From assembly GCF_006345805.1 (NCBI RefSeq), contig NC_043024.1, positions 19,406,001 to 19,470,000 on the forward strand: a stretch of 64,000 nucleotides of DNA. Reading direction: 5' to 3'. Position 1 is the first letter of the stretch; every line of letters starts with the position of its first letter. Source of the stretch: Octopus sinensis. Lineage: Eukaryota. Positions 23,601-38,565 of this stretch are shown here, piece after piece. The notes under the pieces were generated by a model. That model ran no database searches, had not been told where the DNA came from, and saw only the letters and a program-made list of their open reading frames with translations. The position numbers and the translations under genes are program-made.

Positions 23601-23994
23601 GATAGAAATCTATGAAGAAAGTCTCTGAACACCCTACCTTCCTTATTATCCTCTCCCAGAAATATCAAGCAGCAAAAACGGGTGGAGCGCATCCAAGAGA
23701 CAACGTTACTCACTGCAGTTTTTAAAATTTTATTTTAAGAGAAGAGGGTGGAAGTTGAGGGAGATTTGAGTGGTATTTCTGGAAGATTCAGTGAGCAGAC
23801 CATGTAAAAGCCTCTTTCATTGACTTGCGATGGATTTCCGATAATTTGGTAACGGTGAACGAGGTTGCAAGGAGGAAGAAGCAGATCAAAGAACACATTA
23901 AAAGAAATATGGGGAATTATTCACTATCTAAATACCAACACTATAAGAAATCAGCTTAAATGAATTAGCACGGATAACGATAATTAATATGGAG

Positions 23995-24014
23995 TACACG
24001 TACATATGTGATAT

Positions 24015-24074
<60 letters not shown>

Positions 24075-24374
24075 TGTATGTATGTATATATATATATATG
24101 TATGTATATATATGTATATGTATGTATGTATATATGTATGTATATATATATCTATATATGTATATATATGTGTATATATATATATATGTATATATATGTA
24201 TATATGTATATATATATGTATATATGTATATATATATGTATATGTATAAATATGTATATATATGTATATATATATATATAATATGCATGTATATTATCAT
24301 TTTCATCATCATCATCATCATTTAAAGTCCATATTGAATGTTGAAATTGATTGGGCTACAGATATGTGTGTTTG

Positions 24375-24449
<75 letters not shown>

Positions 24450-24535
24450 ATATATATATTTACATATCTTTATCTTCTTTCAGGCATTCACATACATTTG
24501 TGTGTGTGTGTATGTGTGTGTGTGTGTGTGTGTGG
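23995..24535. repeat. (TA)/(TATG)/(CAT)/(TG) microsatellite field
   Basis: Direct inspection. Confidence 0.95.
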
Positions 24536-24544
24536 TGTCTAATT

Positions 24545-25912
24545 AGCAGCAGGGAATATACAAGCTATTCTAAGAACAGGCTAGAAGCAGATCAGGGAAC
24601 GTTGACCTCTGGTCATAACAAGTGGTTTCTCTTACGGAATCAAAAGCAGATTGTATAATGCTTGCTTATAGAACTGCCGTGCTACATGGTATGGAAACCT
24701 CTGCCCTGAATGCATAGGACTTACTAAAATTAGAAAAATAAATAGAGCCAACAGGTGCAGCAGTGGCTGTGTGGTAAGAAGTTTGCTTCCAGACCACATG
24801 GTTCTGGGTTCAGTCCTTGTGTGGCATCTTGGGAAATTTTTTTTTTCTTTTTTAGCCTTGAGCTGACCAAAACCTTGTGAGTGGATTTGGGAGACAGAAA
24901 CTGAAAGAAGCCTGTCGTACATATATGTGTGTGTGTGTGTGTGTGTTGTGTGTGTGTGTGTGTGTGTGTTTGTGTGTGTGTTTGTGTGTGTTTGTTCCCC
25001 GCCCTCATCACCACTTGACAACCGGTGTTGGTATGTTTATGTCCCTGTATCTTAGTGGTTTGGCAAAAGAAACCAATAGATTAAGTACTAGGCTTAAAAT
25101 TAAATCTCGTGGTTGATTCGTTCAACTACAAATTCTTCGAGGTGGTGCTCCAGCATGGCGGCAGTCAAATGACTGAAACAAGTAGAAGAATAAAAGAAAA
25201 AAGAATAACATGCTTTAATGGAGGTGCAATGATGTGTGAAAACAAATGCATAAAATGTAATAGGCGCAGGAGTGGCTGTGTGGTAAGTAGCTTGTTTACC
25301 AACCACATGGTTCCGAGTTCAGTCCCACTGCGTGGCACCTTGGGCAAGTGTCTTCTACTATAGCCTCGGGCCGACCAAAGCCTTGTCAGTGGATTTGGTA
25401 GACGGAAACTGAAAGAAGCCCATCGTATATATGTATGTGTGTGTATGTGTTTGTGTGTCTGTGTTTGTCCCCCTAGCATTGCTTGACAACCGATGCTAGT
25501 GTGTTTATGTCCCCGTTACTTAGCGGTTCAGCAAAAGAGACCGATAGAATAAGTACTGGGCTTACAAAAGAATAAGTCCCGGGGTTGAGTTGTTCGATTA
25601 AAGGCGGTGCTCCAGCATGGCTGCAGTCAAATGACTGAAACAAGTAAAAGAGTAAAAGAGAGAGAGAGAGAAAAACTCGGCATAAAGGAAATCAGGTGTA
25701 AATTGTGAGAAAGACAACTTCTCTGGTATGGATGTGTGATGTGTTTGTATGGGGACAGTGGTATGAAGAAATGTCTGTCCCTTAACGATGCATATGGAGA
25801 TTGTAGAAAAGGGAGATCTAGAAAGAGGGACCTAGAACGACAAGGAACGAAGTAGTGAAGGCTGATTTCAGGACTCTGAAAATTGCAAAGGAGGCATCAA
25901 AGGACTATATTT
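24545..25912 (+). mobile_element. Old RTE family 1 ORF2 remnant split by two SINE-A insertions (24750-25200 and 25261-25661)
   Basis: Left piece KSRLYNAC..RTAVLHG.ET.ALN..DLLKLE; right piece (25672-25912) KLGIKEIRC...ERQLLWYG.V...WNEVVKADFRTLK, collinear with the 61206-61481 peptide. Confidence 0.7.
25261..25661 (+). mobile_element. Full-length SINE family A copy
   Basis: Head, microsatellite and tail present. Confidence 0.9.
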
Positions 25913-25914
25913 TT

Positions 25915-26445
25915 CGTTCCTTCTTGAGCTACGCCTGGCTCATAAGGGCCGGTTTCCCGATTTCCTTGGCATATAGGTTACCCACCTGGACGGGACGCCG
26001 GTCCATTGCAGGTGAGCTGCAAGGTGCAGGAGGAAAGAGTGAAAGACAATTGTGGTGAATGAGTCAGCAGAAGTTCGCCATTACCTTCTGCCGGAGTCGC
26101 GTGGTGCTTAGGTTTTTCGCTCATAAACACACACATTGCCCGGTCTGAGATTCGAACCTGTGACCCCTCGACCACAATTCCTCTGCTCTAACCTATTTCT
26201 TTACAACCCACAAGGAGCTAAACACAGAGAGGACAGACAAAGGGATTTAGTCAATTACATCGACCCCAGTGCGTAACTGGTAGTTAAGTTATTGACACCG
26301 AAAGGATGAAAGGCAAAGTTGACCTCGGCAGAATTTGAACTCAGAACGTAACGACAGACGAAATACCGCTACGCATTTCGCCCGGCGTGCTAACGTTTCT
26401 GCCAGCTTGCCGCCTTCTGCTCTAACCACTAGGCCATGGGTCTCC
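25915..26445 (-). mobile_element. SINE family B, tail variant 3, interrupted by a SINE-D (26194-26411, -) with TCTGCTCTAACC TSD
   Basis: TCTGCTCTAACC on both sides of the SINE-D; B head resumes at ~26412. Confidence 0.85.
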
Positions 26446-26702
26446 ACAAAGGATTATATTATATATATATATATGTATGTGTGTCTGCGTTTGTCCTCCT
26501 AGCATTGCCTGACAACCGATGCTGGTGTGCTTATGTCCCCGTCACTTAGCAGTTCGGCAAAAGAGACCGATAGAATAAGTACTGGGCTTACAAAGAATAA
26601 GTCCCAGGGTCGATTTGCTCGACTAAAGGCGGTGCTCCAGCATGGCCGCAGTCAAATGACTGAAACAAGTAAAAGGGTAAAAGCGAGAGAGTATAGGTGT
26701 TA

Positions 26703-26932
26703 CTATAAATGGTTGCATTGCTTGTAAAAAGACTGGTATTTGAACAGACAATTCTGCAACAATTTTGCCAAATCCTGCCCCTGAAAATATTCTATTTACC
26801 AAACATGGAAGGATGAAAAGCAAAGTTGAAATTATCCAAATTATCTTCATGGAGCAGGCATTAACTTCTATATACTTACATTAATTGTTAACATTTCGTT
26901 GAAAATTTTCCCAGTCCTAGAATGAGTTGTTA
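26703..26932 (-). CDS. Weak candidate two-exon C-terminal segment (26880-26932 and 26703-26780): xTTHSRTGKIFNEMLTIN-GQDLAKLLQNCLFKYQSFYKQCNHL*
   Basis: Strong polypyrimidine acceptor CCTTCATTTCTGTTCAG, donor GTAAGT, 99-nt intron, second acceptor TATTTTCAG, frame-consistent; no homology recognised. Confidence 0.25.
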
Positions 26933-27759
26933 CTGAACAGAAATGAAGGATAGAAAAAAGGAATTGTATTTCCTTCTATTATATCAGAGAGTTCTTTATT
27001 TCTTTCAAAATGTATTTCTACAAGGTTAGCACAATTCTCACGATTGCTTGTGTTTCTTGACTATCTTGGCAAATACAGCCCCTAGCAGTATTGTATCTCT
27101 CAGGATGTTAAGAGTTTTGTTTGCTATTGTATTCTGAAGTTACAAATACTACCATTGAATATTCCATTAAAAACTAAAATAAAATGGTAGAGAACTGATC
27201 AAAGAACACCATAGAACTGGTGTTACAAAAAATCAAAACAAAATCTGGCTAAAACTTTTTATCTTTTGAGTATTTTTTCTGGTAGTATTTTTTATTTATG
27301 CTTTAGAAACTCGAAGATTCATAAATTTTTTCAAGAAATTCATTTTTAATTTGAAGTTTTGTAAGTCCTTCCATCTTGAATTTTAGTTTTGTAGTCTTAC
27401 ATTTCTTGTTTTTTTTTTTCATATCCATGTTTTAAAAATCAGATATTACAATTCTGTTTCTTTACCTTGTTTTAGTCATTTTTGGAAAACTTTCAAAATA
27501 ATTTTTGGAAATCAAAAATGGAAAAGTTCTTTACATATCTACATGCCATGAAATAAATTTTGACAGCTTCTTTAATTTTTTTGTGTGTAGGGGTGTATGT
27601 AAACTTGATGGCATTACGTTTTATCTTAGATATAGACATTATTGGAAGAGAGAGTAAAGAGTCTTGTCTAAGAAATGTTCATACAGACTTCTTTCTTGTC
27701 AAATTGGATGTGGATCAAGAGTCATCAATGCTGTGCCATACTTCTGTCAGCTTTTCCTA

Positions 27760-28285
27760 TACTAAATATAATTTATATACACACACACACATGCATATAG
27801 ATATTAACTTGTATACACATGCACACATGCACATCTGCAAACATACACACAAATGCACACACGCACATACACCCATACAGGCACACATATGTATGTATGC
27901 ATAGATACACTCACACGCATGCACAGACACAGACACACGTACACATACATGCTTGGAGGCAGGCACACATACACATACATGCACACACACTCATATACAC
28001 ATATGCAGGTGTTAATACACACATGCACAAACACATAGGAACACACATGCACACACAGACACATATACACACAAGCACAGGCACACAGACACTCACAGAC
28101 AAGCACACATGCACACACATACACACATGCATACATATAAATGCTCACAAACATATATACATGCACATGAGCACACCCTCTGATACAAACGCTCACATAC
28201 ACAGACACACACTAACTCACACACACACACACATACATATGCACACATAAATACTCACACATACACACATACATTCACACAAAAT
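27760..28285. repeat. Degenerate (CA)-rich simple repeat
   Basis: Direct inspection. Confidence 0.9.
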
Positions 28286-28629
28286 CAAAACACAAAATAA
28301 ATGGATAAATTTCTTCTCCTGTAGATGCAGAGAATCAGGTGTAATGTTTTTTATTTTCAGTTTCAAAAAATTATAAATTTTTTGAAAAAAATTATAAATT
28401 CTTTGAAAAAATAAAATAAAGCAACTAATCAGAGAATCTTAATGTCAGCTTTATAAAATGTGGATTAAAAGAAATAAACTGCAAAACCTCAAAGCTTGAA
28501 AAATTTCAGACTTGAGTGTGAGGGTGTGGTTTATAAAATTAAAATAGGGGCAGACATGGTTGTGTGGTAAGAAGCTTGATTCTCATTCACATGGTTCCAG
28601 GTTCAGTCCCACTGCATGATACTTTGTTT

Positions 28630-28935
28630 TTGTTTGTTCCTTCTCAAGCCATGCCTGGCTCATAAGGGCCAGTTTCCTGGTTTCTTGGCATATAGGTTCC
28701 CCCACCTGGATGGGACGCTGGTCCGTCACAGGTGAACTGCAAGATGCAGAAGGAAAGAGTGAGAGAAAGTTGTGGCAAAAGAGTCAGCAGAAGTTCATCA
28801 TTACCTTCTGCCGGAGCCATGTGGAGCTTAGGTGTTTCACTCATAAACACACACATCGCCCGGTCTGAGATTCGAACTCGTGATCCCTCAACTGTGAATC
28901 CGCTGCTCTAACCATTAGGCCACATGCCTTCACGA
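28630..28935 (-). mobile_element. SINE family B tail variant 3, inserted inside a SINE-A (28548-29230)
   Basis: SINE-A head at 28548-28625 resumes at ~28940. Confidence 0.75.
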
Positions 28936-29842
28936 TACTTTGGCCGTCTTCTAATATGGCCTCGGCCTAACGAAGGCCTTGTGAATGGATTCAGTAGACA
29001 CAAGCTGAAAGAAGCTTATTGTACATTTGTGTGTGTGTGTGTGTGTTTCTTTGTGTCTGTTCATCTCCCACCATCATTGCTTGACAACTCATCCCTATGA
29101 CATAGTGGTTCAGCAAAAGAGACTGATAGAATAAGCACCAGGCTTAAGAAAATAAGTTGTGAAGTCAATTTATTTGATTAAAACCTTTCAGGACAGTATC
29201 ACGACATCGTTGCAGTCAAATGACGGTAAAAGATCAACAGATAAAAGATTAAAATAAAAGATTAAAGATAAATCATTCAGGTGTGTACCATTTCTCCACT
29301 TTTTTCCGTCCTTGTTTTGTATACATTCACTGCTTTCTTCCAAGGAATCTAATGCTCTTAGCTTAGTTTTTCCTTGGGGCTGGCCAGATTGGAGCAATTT
29401 CAAGTATAACAAGCCGAAATTGCAAAGATAATCTGGAACTCAACGGTGGAAAGAAAACTCCAAATGACTCATCCTTGTTTCCTTTGTATTGTGTGTCTGG
29501 ATGTTTTGTGTTCTTGTCCCATTTTTGTATATATATATAAATATATATATAGTCAATAATAATAAAGGGTAAAATTAATTAATTAATTAGTAATTAATAA
29601 TTTTACCAAGCAGTGTTCAGTGTGTAAAAGGACCATTTACAGTAAATTTAAACATTACTTTATATAATTAGGGTTCAGCAAAAAAATTTGCTTTACCACA
29701 TACCAAACTTTTAGAAATAGCAGTCAAAGAATTTAGCTATTTCCTCCACTATAAGAAGAGTCTCCCAGACAATGTATACTCGAAAACAATTCACGTAGGC
29801 ATAGAGGGAAAAACAACGAAAGATCACACGTACATAAGATTA

Positions 29843-29926
29843 CTTGTGAACGCGTTTCTGGGTTAGTTAGATATAGAGATGCTAGAAATACATCCCTATT
29901 TTAACATTCCCGTCATCAGCACAAAG
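29843..29926 (-). ncRNA. Type-I hammerhead ribozyme with long helix II, core intact
   Basis: CUUUGUG CUGAUGA C GGG [46 nt incl. GGGAUG/CAUCUC hairpin] CCC A GAA ACGCGU U|CACAAG. Confidence 0.7.
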
Positions 29927-30212
29927 ATTTCATTAGATTTAAATTTGAGAGCACTAAAAATCGAACATATCCATCTGATTTGAGTAACCTCAGACAAACG
30001 ACCTTCGATATCCAGTACTAACGAATTCAAAACATACAAATGAGGCTCCGCATCCTCCCCTGTCCACCCACGTGTGTTATAGAGCAACAAATTCCTACAG
30101 AAGAATCTGTGGTTTATTATCAGGGACAGAATTATATTGTCAATAATAATAAAGGGTAAAATTAATTAATCAATTAGTAACTAACAATATAATATATATA
30201 TATATAGAGAGA

Positions 30213-30461
30213 GAGAGGACAATCAGGTTAGGCAAGTCGATATATAAAATATATTAGCTACATTTAATATATATGTTTACTTATAAAAAAGTTCAACTTA
30301 CACAGAAAAGGGATGACATCAGGAATTAAAGGGGTTGCATAAAAGATTCCTATTCTGTGTAAGTTGGACCCTTTTGATATGTAAACACATGTACATCATT
30401 TGTATTAAATGTATTTAATATTTTTTGTATATCAACTTGCCTAACTTGCTTATCCTTACCT
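30213..30461. mobile_element. Foldback/MITE with ~100-bp imperfect terminal inverted repeats
   Basis: GGTTAGGCAAGTCGATAT...AACTTACACAGAA versus TTCTGTGTAAGTT...ATATCAACTTGCCTAAC. Confidence 0.7.
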
Positions 30462-30581
30462 TTACTGCTCTATCTGCTCAAGTTTAAATCGCTTGGGCAC
30501 CAGCAAGAATATTCTATACAGATAATCTCTCATCTATAAGCTATATATAAATACATATATATATATGTGTGTGTGTGTGTG

Positions 30582-30832
30582 TGGAGGCACGTGGCCTAGT
30601 GGTTAGGGTGTCAGCATCATGATCGTAAGATTGTGGTTTCAATTCCTGGACCGGGCGATGCGTTGTGTTCTTGAGCAAAACACTTCATTTCACGTTGCTC
30701 CAGTCCACTCAGCTGGCAAAAATGAGTAACGCTGCGATGGACTGGTGTCCCATCCAGCTGGGGAACACATACGCCATAGAAACCAGGAAACTGGGCCCAT
30801 AAGCCTGGTTAGGCTTTAAAAAGGTGCATTTA
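30582..30832 (+). mobile_element. SINE family C
   Basis: Same as 18528-18780. Confidence 0.85.
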
Positions 30833-31512
30833 TTTAATTTCATATATTTATATATATATATACACACACACGATGTGCTTCTTGCAGTTTCCTTCTATCA
30901 AATCCACTCACAAGGCTTTAGTCTACTTAAGGTTATAGTACAAGGCACTTGCCCAAGGTGTCATGCAGTGGGACTGAACCTGGAACCCTGTGGCTGGGCA
31001 GCAAACTTCTCATCACACAGCCACACCTATCTCCAAGTTTCTAATTACATGAACTTGAAAAAATGGTTGCAAGAATTAAAAAAAAACGAAGAAGAAATAT
31101 GGCCAAAGTGTTTTTGATTGGAAGAACACATGTAAAGCATATCTGAATCTTAAAAGTATAAATTAAATCTATGAAAATGGAATGGTGTAGAAAAAAATTA
31201 GAGAAAATTAAATCGTTAATGAATAAAATTTAATTAGATGATTGATTGAAATCAAGAAAATTGATTCGATAATTTTAATCAAAGGAAAATTAAGATTTCG
31301 GTATTGATGTCAGTGTTTTATGAATTCCAAAACATGGAACAATCAAAGACAAAGACAGTCTGAAGAATCTTTCAACAGGTATTTTACAAACTCCAATGAA
31401 ACATTGTTATAGATCTCAATAATCAAATCGATCATGTAAATATTTGCAACAATTATATTTCCTGGTTCAAATCTAACTCTATCCAGTGGAATTTTTTCTT
31501 TTGTGTTCTTTC

Positions 31513-31925
31513 ATCATCGTTTAACGTCCGTTTTCCATGCTAGCATGGGTTGGACGGTTTGACCAGGGTCTGGGAAGCCAGGAGGCTGCGCCAGGCTCCA
31601 GTCTGATCTGGCAGTGTTTCTACAGCTGGATGCCCTTCCTAACACCAACCACTCCGAGAGTGTAGTGGGTGCTTTTTACGTGCCACCGGCACAGAAGCTA
31701 GTCAAAGCAGCACTGGCGTCGGCCACGTTTGGATGGTGCTTTTTACATGCCACTGGCACAGGTATCACAACAGCTATTCCATTTGATATTTATTTCAATG
31801 TTTATGTACTTGACTCAATAGGTCTTTTCAAGTACAGCAGGTCACCCTATGATCCAAGGTAAGCACAGCAGGATGTTCTGCAATCCAACGTACTTTGAAT
31901 GGGATGTGGCTATACGAAACTGGTG
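31513..31925 (-). mobile_element. RTE LINE family 1, 3' UTR fragment
   Basis: Collinear with 60635-61190. Confidence 0.85.
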
Positions 31926-32579
31926 CAGGAAGCAGCCCGGGTCTTTTTCTGGTGAGAAGAGAAATATGAGTGTTTCGATCGGGGTATTCTTCTGTTGTTC
32001 TTTGATCTTTAATCTCTTTACTTGTTTCAGTCATTGGACTGTGGCCATGCTGGAGCACTGCCTTGAAGTATTTTAGTTGAATAAATCGACCCCAGTACCT
32101 ATTTTGTATTTTTAAAACCTGGTGCTTACTCTGTCAGTCTCCATTGCTAAAGGGTTAAATCAACCATATCTGGCCCAAATATTTCTCCTCATTTTATGTT
32201 CAAACTAACAAGTTCCGACCTCTTACATCTACCCTACAATGAAATTTCAAAATAAACAATCACATTGTCAAAATCTTGAAGCGCTGAAATAATACATGAA
32301 TAACTGAAAACAATGGGAATAGATAACTATTCTGCTCTGTCTCTTATAACTCATTCATAAAAAATACCCTTCTTAAAATACTGGATGAAAGCCACTAACT
32401 CAATCTGCTGGAGAGCATTGACTGCCTTGGGTGTCATGCAACATGAGAGCTGTATTAAAATACCAAGGAAGATGCAAGCATGGTTTTGTAGTGTAAGAAG
32501 TATGCTTTACAATCACATATATCTGGTTTTGATTCCATGACATGGAATATTAAGCAAATGTCCTTTCAACAAGACATTA

Positions 32580-33005
32580 AATGATGAGGATAGAGGATAG
32601 AAGTGATGATGTTGATGGTAATAATGATGATTATGATGATAATGATGATAATGACAATGACAATATCAATGACATTGAAGATGACGACCGTGGCGATGAT
32701 GATGAGGGGGAGGGGAATGAAGGGGATGATAATAATAGTGACGATGATGAAGTTGACAATAACAATGATGAAAAGGAGGATAAAAATGACGATGGCGAGA
32801 ATGATTATGGTGATGATGTTGATGGTGATGATGACAATCACAGCTACTACGATGATGGCAATGAGAATAACAATGAAGGTGATGCAGAAGAGGTGGGTGA
32901 CGATAACGAGAGAGATAATGATGGCAATGGCAATAACGATGATGATGATGATGATAATAAAGATGTCAATGATGAACATGAGAATGACAATGATGATAAT
33001 AGATG
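32580..33005. repeat. Highly degenerate (GAT/AAT/GAC)n trinucleotide tract
   Basis: Triplet periodicity; open in two plus frames and one minus frame, as expected for such repeats. Confidence 0.8.
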
Positions 33006-33043
33006 ATTGGCCTGCTCTTCCTTTCATCCAATAGTTTTTACTT

Positions 33044-33098
<55 letters not shown>

Positions 33099-33421
33099 TG
33101 TGTGGTGTGTGTGTGAGAGAGAGAGAGAGAGAAAGTGTGTGTGAGAGAAGGTGAGGGAGAGAGATGGAGACATTGACCAATATTTCTAATTTTTTAAATA
33201 ATTCTTTGTCGATATCTATTACCGTCCCTTTGGGACATGAAGATGGAGAGTGTGTGCATGTATGTACGTTTGTGTGTATATGTGTGTGTATACATATATG
33301 TATGCATGTATGTCTGTGTACGTATTTGTATGTGTGTATGCATATCGTATGTATTTATATACAAACACCTATACATACATACATATATATGAATATATAT
33401 ATATATTTATGTATATATGTG

Positions 33422-33454
<33 letters not shown>

Positions 33455-33462
33455 GTATATAT

Positions 33463-33506
<44 letters not shown>

Positions 33507-34049
33507 AGCATAAACTCACACACTTATACATACATACACACACATACACGCATCTATACTCACACAAACACACATCTATATATATATATATACAAACACA
33601 GATACATACAGTGTGGTATACACATGCTCACATGCATACACACATACACACATGTACACACACACAGAGCCAATAACAAACAAACACACACAAATACAAG
33701 GAATCAGTGAGATCAACAGACACGCAGGCAGACTGATAGACACCAGACATAAATTACCATATTTGGAAACTTACTAGACTAAAATAATATCTATTTCATA
33801 CAAAATAAAACAGCCAAAAATTCTAAAACAAAATATATAAATAAATAGATATATAAAAACAAAATAAATAATAATAATCCCTCCCTTAAAAATAAAAATA
33901 AAAACACAAAAATAACTAATAATATATATATATATATATATATATATGAATATATATATGTATATGTGCATATATATGTATATATATATATGTTATATAT
34001 GTATAATATATGTATGTGTATATATATATGTATTGTATATATATATATG

Positions 34050-35635
<1,586 letters not shown>

Positions 35636-36368
35636 TATATATGTGTGTGTGTATATATGTGTGTGTATGTGAGATTGTGTGTGTGTGTGTTATTATCTTT
35701 TTATCTTTTAGTTGTTTCAATCATTGGCCTGCAGCCATCCTGGGACACCACAATGATAGGTTTTAGTTGAAAATAACGACCTCTAGTGCCAGCATTGTTT
35801 TTATGTGTGTTTGATAAATCTGATGCTTATTCTACTAGTTTCTTTTACTAAACTAATAACTTAGAGGGATATAAACAAACCAACACTTGTTATCAAGCAG
35901 TAATGGTGGGTTCAAATACCAACATACGCACAAATACGTACACCACTGGTTTGAGTGGTCCTGCTTACATGTCAAAACCATGGTGGTATCCACCAGGCAG
36001 CTGAAGATGAGAATATATGTTTAATAAAATTGTTGCTGTTAATCTTTTATAATTTACAGTTTCATCATTCGGAGTTCTCATTCATTCTCATAAGGTTGAA
36101 ATTTTAGAAGGGTTTAAAGTTTATGTTGGTTTTGTTCTTTGTAATATTAGATATATTAATATTATCCTGATTATCCTGATTATTTTCATTGCAAATTTTA
36201 TTATACTAGGATATTACCAAATTGATTGTTTCTAGTTTTGGTAGGTTCTGTGGTATATATATATATATATATATATGTTTACGGATATATATGTGTGTGT
36301 GACTGCGTATGTACTGTTGGCGATATTTTTCCTCCGTCTTCCCTTCCTTGGATCTTCCCTTTTCCTAT

Positions 36369-36403
36369 GTTTCTGACAAAGAGCTCCACTTGAAACGTTA
36401 CAC
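36369..36403 (+). ncRNA. Decayed minimal hammerhead motif (G8A)
   Basis: GUUU CUGACAA A GAG CUCCA CUU GAA ACGU U|ACAC. Confidence 0.35.
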
Positions 36404-36852
36404 CCTACTTCTTTCTTTCCTTTCCTAGGCATCCAATAACACTATACTTGTTCCACGTCCTCCGGTTGTTGTGGTTTCTCTTTGTGTTTTCATGTTTGGA
36501 TTAACTATATATATACACATACATACATACATGTATGCAAACCTAGGCACCAAACATTTAATCCATTAATTATTAATTATTGAAGTTAACATTTTCATTA
36601 ACAGTTTAACGTTGAAGTTAACTTTTGAAATCATATATATATGTATGTATGGATGGATTGTGTATGTATGAATATATATATATATATATGCATAAAAATT
36701 TAGAGTGTAAAAAAATATATTCCAGCTATTCTAGAAAGAAGACTCCAATCTCCAAAGCCACATATTACTCACTATAAAAAAACATGCCTGGTTAATATAC
36801 CGAATATAAGAAACTACAGCCCTTACCTTTGCAAAAACAAAGAAAACACATC

Positions 36853-37085
36853 TGAGTATCAATTGATTTCACCTTTACTGCCAAACACTTAAGATCATCA
36901 GCTGAACATACTTCATATAACTATTTTTTCAGAATATATACACTACACCTTGCGCACCTGTTCGTTTTAATGCCCTCTCAAGATTCAAAAACGAACAATA
37001 GTTATCGGCAGTAAACTCAGTTGCTGATCCTAAGTGTTTGGCACTAAAAATGAAATCGATTGATACAGAGATGATTGAATTTTTC
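36853..37085. ncRNA. Inverted pair of hammerhead motifs: 36853-36906 (-) core intact; ~37030-37085 (+) decayed
   Basis: Minus: UCAG CUGAUGA UCUUAAGUGUUUGGCAGUAAAGGU GAA AUCAAUUGAU A|CUCA; plus: UG CUGAUC CUAAGUGUUUGGCACUAAAAAU GAA AUCGAUUGAU A CAG. Confidence 0.5.
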
Positions 37086-37577
37086 TTTCTGTTTTGCATG
37101 CATAAAATCTGTTTCTTCTTATATTCGCTACATTAACTGTGAGTGTTTTGTTTATAGTGAGAAATATGTGGCTTTAGAGAGTTGACTCTTCTTTCTCACA
37201 TAGCTAGGATATATTTTTTATACCCTAAATTTTCCTGGATATTATATTTAGATATAATGCATAATCATATTTTATTATTTAGTATAACTAAAATATATCT
37301 ACATATTTATATATAAATTTAAGATAATATCTAATTAACTTCTAATTTCAGATATTTTAGTTTCTTAATAAAAATTTATAGTATAATATTAGATGGTATT
37401 ATTCTAAATTTTTAATCTTAATTTAGAAATTTAATTTTAAGAATAATAGTATATTGAATACATGACGGTTTAAGGATCCCAAAAATGGTGGGTAGATGTT
37501 TTCCTTAAAATTGAGATATTGCACAAATGGTCAGATTTCTTGCAGTTTTACATCACTGAAAATCACACACATACACA

Positions 37578-37581
<4 letters not shown>

Positions 37582-37655
<74 letters not shown>
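37582..37655. repeat. (TC)n microsatellite
   Basis: Direct inspection. Confidence 0.95.
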
Positions 37656-37661
<6 letters not shown>

Positions 37662-38149
37662 TACATACATACAAACATACACATATACACAACACAGCTT
37701 GTTAAACATTTCAGGGTGATTTGTTCACACACACAAATACATATAGTATATACATAGACACATACACATACACTCATTCACACAAATACACACACACACA
37801 TGCATACACACAAGGCACAGGGTGCTTGAATGTTCAAGAAGACTGCTTTTCAATCATGAGTTCCTAGGTTCAGTCCCACTGCATTTCTTCTTGAAAAAAT
37901 GTATTTCCCCCATTTTCTATAGTCTTCGGGTCAATCCATACCTTGTGAGTGAACTTAGAAAGGAACTGTATGGAATCCCATCAGCTGAATTATACCTGTT
38001 ATTCAATGGGGACAGCTTCATCACACACACTATGTCATATTGTGATTTGTGGGGAATAGAGACAGATTATAAATTTAATCTTGTCTACACCTATGGAGCA
38101 AATAATTTGCAAGAAAATAATTTGTAGAGATATCATTGATTCTATTATT

Positions 38150-38565
38150 ATCTACTCTTTACTCTTTACTCTTTTACTTGTTTCAGTCATTTTGACTGCA
38201 ACCATGCTGGAGCACCGCCTTTAGTCGAGCAAATCGACCCCGGGACTTATTCTTTGTAAGCCCAGTACTTATTCTATCGGTCTCTTTTGCCGAACCGCTA
38301 AGTAACGGGGACGTAAACACACCAGCATCGGTTATCAAGCGATGTTGGGGAGACAAACACAGACACACAAACACACACACACATATATATATACATATAT
38401 ATGACAGGCTTCTTTCAGTTTCCGTCTACCAAATCCACTCACAAGGCATTGGTTGGCCCGGGGCTATAGCAGAAGACACTTGCCCAAGGTGCCACGCAGT
38501 GGGACTGAACCCACAACCATGTGGTTAGTAAGCAAGCTACTTACCACACAGCCTGTCCTACGCCT
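38150..38565 (-). mobile_element. Full-length SINE family A copy
   Basis: Head, microsatellite and tail present. Confidence 0.9.
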
